In this document: in pieces, positions 26,734 to 40,100 of the stretch
Numbering within the stretch: the first letter of the stretch is position 1
Layout of the letters: the number at the start of each line of letters is the position of its first letter
Source of the DNA: Klebsormidium nitens
Taxonomy: Eukaryota > Plantae > Klebsormidiophyceae
Direction of reading: 5' to 3'
NCBI GenBank assembly: GCA_000708835.1
Contig: DF236987.1
Span: 1 to 64,000, forward strand
Length of the DNA: 64,000 nucleotides
Program-made: the position numbers and the translations under genes
The notes under the pieces: generated by a model
Told to the model about the DNA's origin: nothing
Database searches by the model: none
Seen by the model: the letters and a program-made list of their open reading frames with translations, nothing else

Positions 26734-29700
26734 CTAGACCTGTTGCAGCGTGAGGTCGGCAACGTGCACGGCCTCCACTCCGCTCGCGAGCGGCCGTTGC
26801 GCGCGCTGCTCCTCCGCCTCCGCAATCAGCTTCTCCGCCAGCAGCAGGTCCTCCGGAGTCGTCACCTGGAACACGGATTCGATGCTCGTTAGGGGAAGCC
26901 CGCGGAAATTGTGCTTCAGCGCCCGTCGCGGTCGAGTACGCCCCGAGATGAAAAGCCTGTCCGACGCCAGCGGAAGACAGTGTGCTGACGTACTCTGTAA
27001 AGACACAGTCTCTGAAAGGAGCATGACGAGTTGCGGTCGGCTAGGGGCACGTGCAGCGCCGGGTATAGGTGCATCTCAGAGGATGCCCTCACGCCGAAGA
27101 TGTTACAGCCTTCTCCTTACAAACCTTGTCAGATTTGCCGGCAGAAGTATACTCTAGAGTCTAAGCCTACGTGAGCTTCCTCTTGACGGGCTGGCATTCT
27201 CTATTATCGCCCGTCAAAGAAGCGTTGCCAGATTGAAGACGCTGTCATTTCCGCAACTTTGGAGAGACAGACTTTCTTGTCCAAAATTTCGCAATGACAC
27301 CAATCTCCGTTGCTTACTCAGGCACCCGCGGGGGCTGCGCGGTTGCCCCACCTTGATGTTTGTGTAGGAGCCCTGGGTGATCTTGACGGGGGCGTTCAAG
27401 TACTCCACGATGGACACGTCATCCGTCACCTCCAGACCCTCTCTGCGACGTCAGGAGACGCACGTCAGCTTCCCAGGCTGCTTTCGGCAAAGTGGTTTTG
27501 GGCCGTCAGCGAAGAGACAGCTGTCTGATCTTTGACCAGGTGCTTTCATCCACCCACATGGCGCTTTACGGGTTGACCTCTGCTAACGGCGGCGTTGAGT
27601 GGGAACTTTGCCACGTACGACAAGTGAGTGCCGCTTTCTGCCGCAATGCTGTCCTCTCCTCCTCTCGGGTACTCAGACCGGCGTACCATCACTAAGTTTT
27701 ATGCAACCAACTTGCCAAGTCGGAAGCCAAAAATCTGCCGAGTACCCGAAGCTGACCCATCCGAAATTCGAAAGCGGCTGATCGACCGGTCCAAGTTTCG
27801 GAGGTCAAGGCTCAAAGGGGGAGGTGGCAAGTTTACTGCAGACAGCTGTAGCAGGCCTGCCGCACGACCCAGCTTCGCAAGGCAACTTCTGCCACCCTCA
27901 GACCACATCACACCCCTTTCAAAGCGCATATCTCGCGCTACTTGCACGCAGGATAAAATTCGGTACTGATACAATCGCAGATTCTATCGAACGGCCCTAT
28001 TAAACGCAAGTTCACGAGGTTCAAACAAAAAGTAAGACTGGTGCGCCCTTTTCTGGACGATTTTGATTCCGGACGGGCAAACCCAACTTTTTATTTCGAA
28101 CTCAGTTAACCCAGTCTGCGGCTGCACAAGCGCGTCGGAGTTCGATGTCGAGTCAAAAGTAGCAGGAGACGAGCCGCATGCGACACGTGTTACACACGCA
28201 CACGCGGAGCCGCAGGCTGAATCAGACACTTTGAAATTGAAATCCGGGTTTATAATCGTCCGACATTGGGCGCATTAGGCTTAGTCGAGCGTGTCCGCTT
28301 TTATCCACCTTTCGGCCTGCCCACCTGCGCACGTGCTCGAAGCCGCGGCGCAGCAGGTCGGGCTTGATGACCTGCGGCGTCTGCATCTCCCACAGCAGCG
28401 ACCGGTTCAGCGTGCGCGCCACAAAGCCACCCGCCTTTGCCTGCGGACACGCCCAGGACAGAGCACGTCAGCAACTGGTATAATGCTCTAGATGGAACGA
28501 CTTTCGAAACGCGCTGTAGGTCAAACTTGCCATCGGCTTTCCAGATTTTCGGACAAGGGGCCCGATCTTGAACTGTACAATCGACGATCTAAAGGCATCC
28601 GACGGCTTCACTTCGGGGATCATGCCTCGGAAGTTGAAATTGGGATCGCAAGTTTGACGCAAAGACCTGTATGAGCCACATAGAACATCAAAACACACGC
28701 TAGCGGTCTAGATATAAAAGTTGGAGGCCAAAACGACCAATTTGGCACTCAGAAAGGGAATGCGTGAACAGAACGGAGCCAGCAGACGGCCTGTCGCCTT
28801 TAAAATGACTTCTATCAGGTACGCGCATAATATGGAAGGAGCTGAGAAAGAGTTGAACACTTCCAATAATCGCAAATGAAGTCGGGGCCCTTTCTGGAGC
28901 GTTGGGCTTGACGACGCGTGATCGATTCAGGCTGATCAGTTCCAGAGGTGGAAAACAAGCAGGGCGTCGTTAACAGCTTGCTTGCCCCTCGAAGCGAAAA
29001 AACCTGCCTAAGCTGTCAAAAATGCTGTTTATAAAGCCTCCCTGAAGCCAAATCTTCCGTACTCAGCAAAGGTTCTCGCCCGTAGAACTTGAGCACAAGA
29101 AGAGCGGGTGTCGTTTCTGTTCTGACGCTCCCTGCAGCCGACAGTGTCGTCCACCAGAATTTCCTACTGGACCGCCGAGAATGTGCGGGAAAGTGATGCA
29201 CTCCGATAGTGCGCCCCGCCCACCTCTTTGATGGTCTGCTTGACGGGCACCCCGAGCACGGCCGCCCCATGCCGGAGCCCGTCCCGGAACACGCGCCGCG
29301 CATCCTCGTGCGTCAGCAACGGCCGCGCCGAGTCGTGCACGCACACCAGCCCCGCAGACGTGCGGACCTCCTGCGGAATACAAGACTCGAGAGGCTGAAC
29401 TAGAATGGATCCGATGGGTCTGTAGGGCATGCCATTTAGAGACTAAGGCGCTGAACTATTCATGGAGGCAACCAAACCGTTCGTTTATGTATCGTACGGC
29501 ATGCGACTCTTGCTCATCCACTCAAGAATCAAATTGTATTACGCCTCATTGAGAAGCGTCGCCACCGTCGATATACACGATCCGACAGTCAAGGTGCGTG
29601 CTGACCGCTGAAATTCTGAGCAATGAATCAACGAACACGAAGAATCTTCGACGACACTCGCGGAAACATACATTCTGATGCATCGTCGAAAACTGATAAT

Positions 29701-32402
29701 CTGAAAGGTTCAGAAGGTGGGAGTTGTAAATGCTACGGCTTTGCCCTCTTCAAGCACGTGCGCCATTCGCTCGGACTTCCTCGACAACACGTCGGCTAAA
29801 GAAAAGGCTGACAATGGCATGCCAAAAGCGAATTCGCTGATGTCCGATTTTGAAGCAAATCAAGCGACTCAACAACGATTGGGCGGAACGAGATTGCACA
29901 CGGCTTGTTGTTGGAGGAAAGCACCTTGAACTGGGTCATCTTGCTCGATTTTCGAGCGGTCTCATCCACTACTTCGCATTTTGGGAAATGATCGTTGAGT
30001 ACAGTCGACCACTGGCCGGCTCGTTTGCTCGTTGGTTGTCGAGTGTGAATAGAGAACGGCCCAACCGTTCAACCCTGAAAACCTTAACACATTAAAACCC
30101 TATGAATGTGGTCTGCGCCTCACCTGTAGTCCGTTGAACACGGAGTCTTGCCGCTCCTTCCCCGGGCTGGCCCACTGGAGCGTCCGCCCCGACTTCTGGA
30201 TCGCATCTGCATCAGCAACGAGATATCACAGAATTCAAAATGAGCTCGCCAACATGCACAATCATTTGTTTCCACTCAAGCCACCTTGTTGGGGATGACG
30301 TAAGTCTGTAGTCTTCTGAGAAGCATCCACAACTGAACCCAGTGTTGCAAACATGTCTGGAGATACATTGAAAGAGTAGGCCCCTTTCGAGGCCTCTCAT
30401 TGTAACGCCTTGTGAACTGGTGCGACAATCACAGCTAGAACCACCGCTGCTGCATCTCCGACCTTGTCGAAGGTTTTGTGTTGGCCGTTCTGTGGCTGTT
30501 CAACAAGCTCACCTTCGAAAAGTTGTCTATAAGAAGGATCACAGACCACGATGATCTCGCCAACTTCCTTCAGAGATGCAAACAGGGCCAGGCTGCAGAA
30601 GAAGGAAGGAAGTGCCAGCAGGGTTTGTATGCTTCAGGAAGAGGATTGTGCACCTTTATCGAAACAAGTGACGTCTCATTTCATGGATAGACGCGTTGAG
30701 CTCACAAAGAACCAGAATGATTCCTTCATTCCTCGTCTGAAGGGTCATGATCCGCTTTGCTGCTTGTTGTAGCATCAGGAAAGTCTGCAGACATCTCTTG
30801 TAGCCTCAAGCTACTCAGAACCCCAGGTCTCTATTGATATAGAGACTTTGACAGGGAGATCGCAGAACTCTGTGACGGACAAAACGGTGTCACAGCCGTC
30901 CGCTCTTCACCAAAGGAAGCAAGTCTAAGAGTGCATGTGGGCGATAGCAGTTTGCGACCTGAACCAGACTCCGAGCTTAGCATTCCGCTCTGAGCTGGAA
31001 ACAAGAGATCGGAGCCGTCAATTTGTCGACGTTGACAAGACGTTGAGAAGGCCGGTGGTGACAGCCTCGCCGCTTGTCCCCCAGCCATTCTTAATTGTAA
31101 GTTCCTATTGTTGATTGACACACACCTGTAGAGCGCTATGGGTTGGCCTCGTATGGGCAGATACTGCTTCGGCATGGACGCCTGCACCAGGAATGCGCAA
31201 CCAAATCAGGCACGCACTATGAGTGCCTTCACGCCAGTCACTTCGGTTTGGGACTTGCTTAATGAAAAGGCCAGAATCTGGAACTTTAATGCCCTGACAC
31301 GCCCCCCTGCAGCATAGCGTTTGCCCAAGCAAGCACCAACAACAAATGCTGAGATAGCAAAGCAGCCCCTTGAAGGCTACATCAAACTCGGGGAGAATCA
31401 AAAGAACCCATGTCGTCTTTCTGGTCAGCGTGGGGGATTTCAAGTCAGACTTACCCCCATTCTTTTCCCCACCCCGCCGGCTAGGAGTACAACGGAGACA
31501 CTGCCGGCAGGAACAACTTCCTGCGAGAACGGGACAGCTCTTAGCGCCCAATCAAGGAACGAGAGGGGCATGCGCTAGGGAGCTTCAAAAGCAGCTTTGG
31601 TTCCTCTCAAAGCCCTGAGTGGGCAACAATTGGCCCATTGTGGGGGCAGAATGGGGCAAAACCCAAACCGGATGATGCAGTTTGAGCGCCAGAATCATCT
31701 GACACCGCCCACAGAAAACATGTCTTTGACTCAGTATCAGTGCACAGGCACTAACAAATGTGGCCCTAACAAATATGTGGATGGTGTCTCCACAACCTTC
31801 GCCCTCCGCTGCCAAGACTCATCAAAGATGCAAATGGTCTGTAAGAAGCCACCGAGAGACTCCCAGTTCTCAGGGGATTACAAGGTCAATGGGGCACCAA
31901 GTCGGGCTAAGATAATGTGACCCAAGATGAACTGACAGCGAACGCTGATAAAAGTGATGATCTTTGTCTTATAACAAAACCTGGGGTGGCGCCACCCTCA
32001 CAATATCAGCTGGTTTACTTCACATTGGGAGGCACCCAAAGCCACATTCAATTTCACCATGCTCAGATGTTCAATGCACGGTTTGCATTTTCTGTTTTAG
32101 CCACTCACCTCCTCTGCATTGGCTGTGTCACTGGACTGAGCTCTGGCACACCCGCTGCCTTGCCTTCGAATGGGAACATTTGGGCAATGCCGTCTCAATG
32201 TGGCACTATGCCGCCGTCCCAAGACTCTGCAACTCCGGCTTTCTGCAAGCGTGTGTGCTAGTAAGCTTTCAATCTGCACTTGTTTACAACTTGCTGGCGG
32301 GACCCTGCATTGTACTCTGGGTTGATGCCTGTCTTCGACTCCCCAGTGGAAGACTTTAAACGTCTCAGCAGCGCGCAGTGCCGTGCCCATTGAAGCTGTC
32401 AT
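26734..32402 (-). CDS. ispD: 2-C-methyl-D-erythritol 4-phosphate cytidylyltransferase (MEP pathway) with plastid transit peptide
   Basis: Exon 1 (32402-32109) is transit-like. Later exons encode [13 protein letters not shown] (31520-31455), ASMPKQYLP (31181-31126), IIVVCDPSY (30592-30513), [52 protein letters not shown]. Confidence 0.95.
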
Positions 32403-33149
32403 TCTGGATTCAATGCGTCACGCTAATCAGGGAGAATAAAAATTGCCCTGCAATTCTTTGGGGGAAAAGAGACGCTTCAAGTTCTCAAATCTCAGAGGAG
32501 CATTGCTGGCATTGTTCCGATTCGATCCTGAACGTCTTCGCTTGAACTTCAGTTGAAGTTGTCAATATCGAGCTGCATGAACAGCCGACTGCAAAATCGG
32601 CAGTGCTCACAAATTGAAACAGTATTGGAGTCTGGCAGTAAATTTGATGAGTATATTATAGCCGTTTAGAACCGAGCCTCTTCTCAAGGCACTTTCACAA
32701 GAGCTCGCGTACTCATTTCTGGTGAGTCTGGAATTCCTGAGGTGTCCTTGCCGCTGATCTCGACCCAAGTCTGCCCTCTTTCACGCGCCCTGCAAAAGGC
32801 ACACCAGGAGCAGCAGGCGCTCTGTTGGCAGGGGTCCCGCATCGTCTGACAAGATGGTGAGGGCTCTTTCCTTCTCTCGGGCCTTTTTCCAAGGCATGAA
32901 AACATTTGCCCCTCCGTCATCACGGTGACGGTTGTGTATGACGATCATGTGGTGAATCTCTGGTGTTCTTGAAGACGCCGGCGTCGTAGGCATTCTCGCT
33001 GTTTTATTCTGGTGCTGGCTTCGAAAAGACGGAGTCCGAGGTCTTGAGGATTCTACCGCCGGCTGCTTCAGGCTCGCTTTTATGGTAGTCCCGCTTTGCA
33101 GCGCAGTAGCTCGTGCAAGCCAGGAAAAGTCACGCCTCACTGCAGGCTG

Positions 33150-33310
33150 AAGCCCAGGCTGGACATAGGGTTTCTTTCAAAAGGGTTCTCATGTCGAGTT
33201 GTCAGTTGACTTTTCGTTTACGCAACAGCTATATTCCTCCCTCCTTGGAACAGCCCAAAGTGCAACCTTCTGATGCATATTCCTGGGCAAGGGCTTGCAG
33301 TCGCCCACAT
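33150..33310 (+). promoter_or_regulatory. Telo-box plus site II (TGGGC/GCCCA)-like elements upstream of RPS17
   Basis: TAGGGTTT (reverse telo-box) at 33166-33173. GCCCA/TGGGC words near 33152, 33253, 33284 and 33303. This combination is established for plant ribosomal protein promoters. Function is not shown here. Confidence 0.55.
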
Positions 33311-33340
33311 TTTGCCGGGCAGTTAGGAGGTTAGAGAGCA

Positions 33341-35914
33341 ATGGTAATGGTGTCTGGGCTCGTCTCTAGAGTCCTCACATGACTTGTATGGTCTTGGGGG
33401 GACCATTACCAGGGGGCATGCTCATCGCGCTGTATTGGGCACCGTGTGCTCACATGGCGGGCAGTGCGCAAGACGGGTGTCAACGTGGCAGTGTTATTGG
33501 GCGTACGGTTAGACTGGGGGCAGCCGCGCACCAGCTCGGGTTCATTAGCTAGAGACTAAAGAAGTATTCGCTATAGACCGTTTCAAGTATGAGAAGAATA
33601 GAGTATTTTGGCCCCAATGGGCATCGTCGACATGATGCACCATAATTCTACTGGGCTACTCGATAGAGTTGTGACAGATGGGCGAAATGGAGGGATCAGA
33701 CAGTGTTTATGGGTTTCAGCGGGTCAATGAACATTGGGCACAGGGCTGGTGTGAGGGTTGGCGGTGTGGTGCTCGAGTTAAGAGAGGCGTCTAGGGCCAG
33801 ATTCACTGCGGCATCTCCAGAGGAGCGCGCACTGGGGTGTGAAAACTGGACATTGGTGGATGGATCTTAATATGTGCCGGGCCTGGATGCAGGGTCGCGT
33901 CAGGACGAAGACCGTCAAGAAGGCGTCCCGGGTTATCATTGAGAAGTACTATGCCCGCATGACGCTGGATTTCCAGGTGCGCTGAGTTGCCCTGCTGTAC
34001 CAATCAGATGCTGCTCACGACGGACGCAATGAAAGATGCATCGTCATGTAAAAGAAAACAGAGATTGCGGTACAGTCCGATACTCGTTCTGCGTCTCCAT
34101 TGCGGTGGGCTGGATTTGCATTGGGCAAGCAACTGATTTTGCCGTAGCCGCATCTGATGCATGACTGATCCTCCCCCTCTTGCTTCCCTTGCAGACAAAC
34201 AAGAAGGTAAAACTCGAATCCCCCCCTCCCCCATGATCCAGGCGTTGTTCTCCTTTAGTAGACCAAAAGCGCACATTCTGACCATTTTAGTACGCTGTGA
34301 CCATTGTTTTGGACAGATCGTCATGCAGTGGCACCTTAGAATTGCGGGTTATTGTGTCAGATTGTGTTTGTCCTGCCGCTTTACAATGCAACCTCATAAC
34401 GGGGGCGTTGCTACAGATTGCGGAGGAGGTCGCTATCATCCCATCAAAAAGGCTGCGCAACAAGATCGCTGGATTTGCCACGGTGAGCTGGCGTGCACTC
34501 TGTGGGGCCCGCTTTTGTGTACTTTTACAGGATTGTGGCCAAGCATGGTTGCTGTATGCCTGCCAGGTGTACGTCCATGGAAGCGCTAGTCAGGGGAATT
34601 ATACCTGGGATCTTGGAAAGGCAGCCCTTTCGAGGATCACAGTGAATGGATGCCCACAATTCAGTAGATCGAGCGGGCTGATGTAGGAGCGTGAAGGGCG
34701 CAAGCTTACGGACATGGCTTGTAGAAGTGGCTTTGCAAAGGCAAGCCGCGTATTGTGAGTGTAATGTCGATGCATCGGTCTCAACATTCTGTGCCTAGTG
34801 AGATGTAGTGTCAGCATCGCAGAAATGTGTCAGCTGAGTTCGTGTTAATGTGGGCCTTGAGGAGCTGGGGCAATTCCAGTTGCTCAGCGGTCCCAAACGG
34901 CAGCTGTTTGTGGTTCCATTGATCCCGCTGACGCTCATTGTGCAAGCAGTGAGAGCGCCCCGTGCTTGTGCTGATGTGGCGGTCGTGTGCGTGCAGCATC
35001 TGATGAAGCGCATCCAGCGGGGCCCGGTGCGCGGCATCTCGCTGAAGCTGCAGGAGGAGGAGCGCGAGCGCCGCATGGACTTTGTGCCCGAGGAGTCGGC
35101 GGTCAAGACCGACGTCATCGAGGTGAGGGCCGGACTTTGCGCTGACAGACGTTCCGTTTGAGGCGGATGATCGGCTCTTGTTGCTTGGCATCGCTTGTTT
35201 TGAGGGCCGTTCCTTCTCCGCTGACAGTGCTTTTTTGGGAGGATTTTTAGTGTCTACTCGGCCAGCACAGCTCGTGGCTGGCAGTACGATGCCTAGCCGA
35301 GTTCTGGACTGCAAGCATTTGTTACTTCCAAGACAGCATGACCTGGAGCAAGAAACTTCAGCAGTTTCGTGCAGTGAGACTTCGGAAAAGTTTCGAAACC
35401 TTACACGATAGTGATCAGTGCGGAGAAGTCGGACTCGAGATCATGTGGCATGTGTACTTGTGCACAGGTTGACCGGGACACCATGGACCTGCTGCGGTCG
35501 CTCAACCTGGCGGGCTTGCCGGGAGTCGTACAGCAGGTGAGCCGCAGCACAGCCCGATGTCTAGATGCTGGCCTGGTGTGACAGGATTAGCACTCAAGTT
35601 GCGAAGTGGACAGATTGTTTGGGCACAGTCGAGCAGGGCAAATTCGGTTCCTACTGTGAGGCCACTTGGTTACCTCGTTTCACAGTTTGGTTGATTTGAG
35701 CTCTAGGCGCTGATTGCTAGCGAAACAACCAGCCTCTCTCCATAGGCTGGCTGTTAGAGCGCTAATTGCGCTGATTCGCCTGCAGAATTCTATTGGTCCC
35801 GGATGTTCACCTGTCATTGGGATGTTTTTGCAGGCTACCCCGGCCCCCGGTGCGGGCGGGTTCGTGAAGCCTCCTTTCCAAGACCGCAACCAGGGCGGGC
35901 CCAGGAGAGCGTAA
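33341..35914 (+). CDS. RPS17: 40S ribosomal protein S17 (eS17)
   Basis: Probable ATG-only exon 33341-33343 (ATG|GTAATG), then 33893-33976, a 12-nt microexon 34195-34206 (TNKK), 34417-34482, 34997-35122, 35468-35536, 35834-35914. Protein [20 protein letters not shown]...[13 protein letters not shown]...[23 protein letters not shown]. An alternative start is ATG CAG at 33887. Confidence 0.96.
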
Positions 35915-35970
35915 AAGTAAAGCGGAGTGCAACTTCTGACGTTGGAACCTTCGCCCTTTGTACCTTTCAC

Positions 35971-35975
35971 TGTAA
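35971..35975 (+). terminator. Candidate UGUAA polyadenylation signal of RPS17
   Basis: TGTAA 57 nt after the stop codon. UGUAA is the established poly(A) signal of Chlamydomonas-type green algae. Similar words follow TRM10 (about 47863) and RSP14 (about 14508). Confidence 0.4.
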
Positions 35976-36189
35976 CACTTCTTTCTTCCACCCTTGGATC
36001 TGGCACTGAGCTTGTTGCTCATCGCAACCGTAAGCGCTCAGCTCGAGGTCGACTCTGCGGATCGGTTCAGGGCAGACGTCCATCATGTTAGCGAAGCTAC
36101 TGTAAAGTTTCTGTGTGGGCGTGAGCTGGGCGGTGATGGATGCTTTCAGACGGCCTCTCAATCGAGTCAGTGGTTGTCATTGACTCCAG

Positions 36190-36237
36190 CCTGAGACACC
36201 ACATGTCAACCTGAGACACCATGTCAGCCTGAGACAC
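36190..36237 (+). repeat. Three-copy tandem repeat, core CCTGAGACAC, periods 20 and 18 nt
   Basis: Core at 36190-36199, 36210-36219 and 36228-36237, separated by (C)(AC)ATGTCA(A/G)-type linkers. Confidence 0.85.
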
Positions 36238-36279
36238 GGTGTTCAATTGGAATTGGAATACACGGCTTTTTGGCTTGAT

Positions 36280-37040
36280 TGCCGAATGATGGTTACCGAG
36301 TTAGCGTGTACTTCGGGTATCCGGCTCAGCCTGGCTGTCTGCAATGATGAACGATATTCATCGCCATGTGTGCAAGGTTTGATCTCGATACGCGAGCCGC
36401 GCACTGAGTCACTGCGAAAAGATGTTCAATTGCAATCACCTTGCGTGCTGGCACGCCGCGCACATCACATCGATCAGCCTACTAGCTATGAGCAGGCTTC
36501 ATGTATGGGTAAGGGCCGACCACCGCCGCAAGCTTTATAGGTGCGGTCACTGCAAGCAAGCATAATGATGTGTATGCACTTCACTTTCAAGCTATAGCCG
36601 GTGCATGTATACGCGCAACTGTCAGTGTCGGACTATAGTCTTCAGACAGAAACTTTTCGACCATGCATACCGCAAGTACGTGGTGAGCTAGGGCAATTCC
36701 TTGCCCGGCCCGGTGGGCGGGCTCATTCCTTGCTCGGCGGGCTGGCTGAGTCTGCCATTCGATCGTATATTCGCTTGAAACAAGTCGGCCGTGCAAGTTG
36801 CACACCATGACATATGGTACCGCTTGCCATGCAGCGTGATGCAAGTCTGAGCTAGTCGCGATTATGAAGATTGATGGCGACGTAACTGTCGGCAATAGGC
36901 TGTGCACGTCGCCCACATGCATGTCGGAATGAAAGCGGCGTTTTATGGTCTGGCAGCATGTCGGACTGCATATGCAGTTTCATGGCTGTACAAGACTTGA
37001 CAGGCCTCTCATGCACTGAGCCGAGTGCGCAGCTACGGCC
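36280..37040. other. Convergent-junction spacer block 4; boundaries approximate
   Basis: 17-nt RY tract at 36601-36617 and repeated CATGCAT/TGCATATGCA words. GC islands near 36515 and 36705-36720. Confidence 0.65.
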
Positions 37041-37190
37041 AAAGCGTCTTTTCTGGCACCTGACCCCGTCGCCTAACCCCTCAGACGGAAAACTCTTGAA
37101 TCTAACTACACAGTTGTCCAGAGAAGGATGCACCTTCTCCAACTCGTTCTGGCGTTTATGCTACGAAGCCTCTGACTATCTCTCTAAAAC

Positions 37191-40100
37191 TCAAACGGCC
37201 TCTGGGTCTACAAACACGCTGGGCACTTGTGACGTCTTCGTAGAGGTGTCAAGCCACTCTGGGTAGGGCAGGTTCTTCGACTTGAGGAAGTCGACGTTGT
37301 AGATCTTGCCCTGGTACCGCGTCCCATAGTCGCACAGGATCGTCACAATCGTGTGCCCGGGGCCTAGCTCCTTGGCCAGCTTGATGGCGCCTGTCAAGAA
37401 GAACAAGTGAGTCAGTTTCTGCCGGAGAAGAGGGGCCAAGATCGAGACTTCCATGTTCGGAGTCCTCACTGGTAAGCTACTCGAAGTATCGGACAGCGCC
37501 TTGCACAGCCAGGTTGGTAGCGACGAGGCGTCGAGCTCAACAGGTCCACAGAGTTCTCAGCATACCAGCAGATCCCTATTAGCTCCAAAAACTACATCTA
37601 TCCAACACGCGCTGCTTCGATTTGCTCAACGTATTCGAAAACTTCATTGACCGCACAACCAATTGACTTAAGCCTTGTCCGGCTGACTGCAAGCCGGCCA
37701 AACAACAAACGTCCGAAAGTACTAGATATTCTCCCGAGCAACAAACCAATCCAGAGGAGAAGACGGCTCTTTGCAACGCGCCCTCGTCACGAAAACGAGA
37801 CACATTTCGTCATGACCACATGCGCAGGCGACATCATTGGTCGAGAAGAATTGACGAGGGCTTCATGGAGAAGCTGAAAGGGACTCCGTTAACTCTTGGT
37901 TTGTGTAAGGGCCGATGTTTTATGGTAAGCACCCGAAGGACGGGTGAGGTTAGTTTGGGGGTTAGGGTGGTTGCGGGTGCAAAGCGCGTAAGCTTTTGGG
38001 TCAGGGTTCTTAGTCGAGGTGCCCGGGGCTTAAGTATCTTAGTTCTCCTGTTTATACATTCTCGAGTTACCAGTGTCTGAAAGGGCGGCTCACCCCCGAT
38101 GTTGATGCCCGTGGAGCCGCCCATGACAAGGCCCTCCTCCTTGAGCAAGTCGTAGATGAGCGGCAACGCCTCCTCGTCCGGAACCTGCAGCCGAAACGGA
38201 CTTTCGGTTCTCAGCATGGCGAACGCTTGACGCAAGCCACACTCACAGCAAGAGCCCAGTGCCTTGATTCAATCCAATCTTATAGGAGTTGGCTGAAGTA
38301 TCTTTAGAGCTTGATTTGAGATGATTGGCAACGCCTGCTCGTTTGGAGCCGAATTGGACTTTCGATTCTTAGTATGGCAAAAGCTTGACACGAACAAACG
38401 CTTGCAGTACAAGCCCAGCGCCCAAATCGACCTGACTTCATAGGGACTCGATCATCAGTATCAATCAGCAGTACGGCGGACGCTTGTAGAGAGAAACGAA
38501 TCCTCTCATATCGAAGGGGGACGCTGCTTGCAACAAGAACCCACTGCCCCTGATGGGCCTCAATACGTGGCCGGAAAGAAACAAAAGCCTTCACTAAAGC
38601 ATCTCTGGAGCATGATCCGAGGTGAAAAGAAAAGGTGTTTCTCGATGCTCGAGCAAGCCTGAAGCGCAGTGGCCTTCCGCAATTTAGGTCGCGTTGTTGG
38701 TGTGACGTTATGATTTGCGACTGGGGCATGTTTCTTTTGTGTACCTCGCACAAAGCAGCTTTTATTACAGGGACTCGACTCGCATTCTTGCGTTTGCACG
38801 TGAAGCAAGCAGAGCATCTGCAATTTGACGCTTCGCTTTTGTGGACTCTGGCCCTGGACCAAGATCGAATCGCCGCTACATTTTATCCCACGTTTGAGGC
38901 ACAGATAATTGACCGCTTGCTCTTCTATAACGACTTGATGTTTGATTGAGTCCAAGGCGAAAAGGCGACAGGAGCAGTCTTATTGCCCCGAGATCCAGCC
39001 GAACGCACACTATTACATATACAAACGGCGCTTTCCCGCCACGGACGGCCGCCACGTGGCGTGCTGACCTGGCACCAGAAGTCGACGACGCCGCCTTCCC
39101 GCGTCGGCTGTCCCCAGCCCTCCAGGTTGCCCGTCACTCGGCCCTGCCCGATGCCCTCCGTCAACTGCAGGCAGACAACCGGGGTGTGACGGACGGCCAA
39201 AATGGATGACGGACTATTTCGTTCATAATAAGAGCCAGGTATAGTAAGCTCCGAACAAAGACTAAAAACCTAACCCAACGAATTGCCTGCTCCGCACCCG
39301 TACCCACCCTAAATCCCCAAACTAATCTCACCCGTCCCAGGGTGGTTAGCTTATTGTACCTGGCCCTTAACAGTTCTGAATTAGGCCAACACCCAAAATG
39401 GTGCCCATTTCAATATTCTGAGGTTTTCCGGTACGAGGCACTTGTTTTCCTTGGCAAGGCTTCCTTTAGTGTATAGACGTAGGGTAAAACCGTACACGCG
39501 TCTGGAGTAAGACCTGCTTATGTCCCGGGTTGAGGTCCGTACATCTTCAGGAACACTGCCGAAATGTCTTGTAAACGCAGTGAGTAAACGCCCAATCGTT
39601 CAAACCTCCCAAACCAATCCACGCGCTTGATGGTGTTTTAGACTCATCAGCTATCCAAAAAGCAGGAGCGGCCAAAGGCATCTTGACATGTTGGACGGAT
39701 CCGAGCACAGGTTTCTGATCGGAGTCTGCGCCGCTCACCGACGTCCCCTCGGACTTGAGCTCTCCATTGGCGTAGTAGTTGAACATGGACGCCCCCATCG
39801 GATCCGCCATTCCGATCCGGATGTTGGGGTTCTTCTCCTTCAAGTACTGCAACGGATGGTGGGGATGTTTTCTCAGTGAGCTCAAACACAAGGCTGTGGA
39901 AATGCCACTAATCTGCCTCGGATTAGCCGTGTTCCCAGGATCGAGCACAGCAAAGCGGGCCGGCAGAGGATAAAATCCGTCCAGGCCAAGTCTGGCCCAA
40001 AACTCTGTCGACGGAGGAATCTAGAACAGGCACAGAAGGCCCAGATACTGTGTCCTTTTCAGGATTCTAGAGCGAACTTCTAGTTGAAGGGACGAAACGA

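Noticed and set aside
32684-33140. Possible small gene upstream of ispD on the minus strand
   Set aside because: No recognisable motif or convincing splice-consistent model. It cannot be excluded without RNA data.
36190-36237. CRISPR-like array
   Set aside because: Only three 10-nt cores with near-identical 8-10-nt linkers, eukaryotic context, and no cas genes.
36343-36407. C/D box snoRNA (ATGATGA ... CTGA)
   Set aside because: No convincing terminal stem and no rRNA-complementary guide that I recognise. Such boxes arise by chance. A snoscan/Infernal hit would reopen this.
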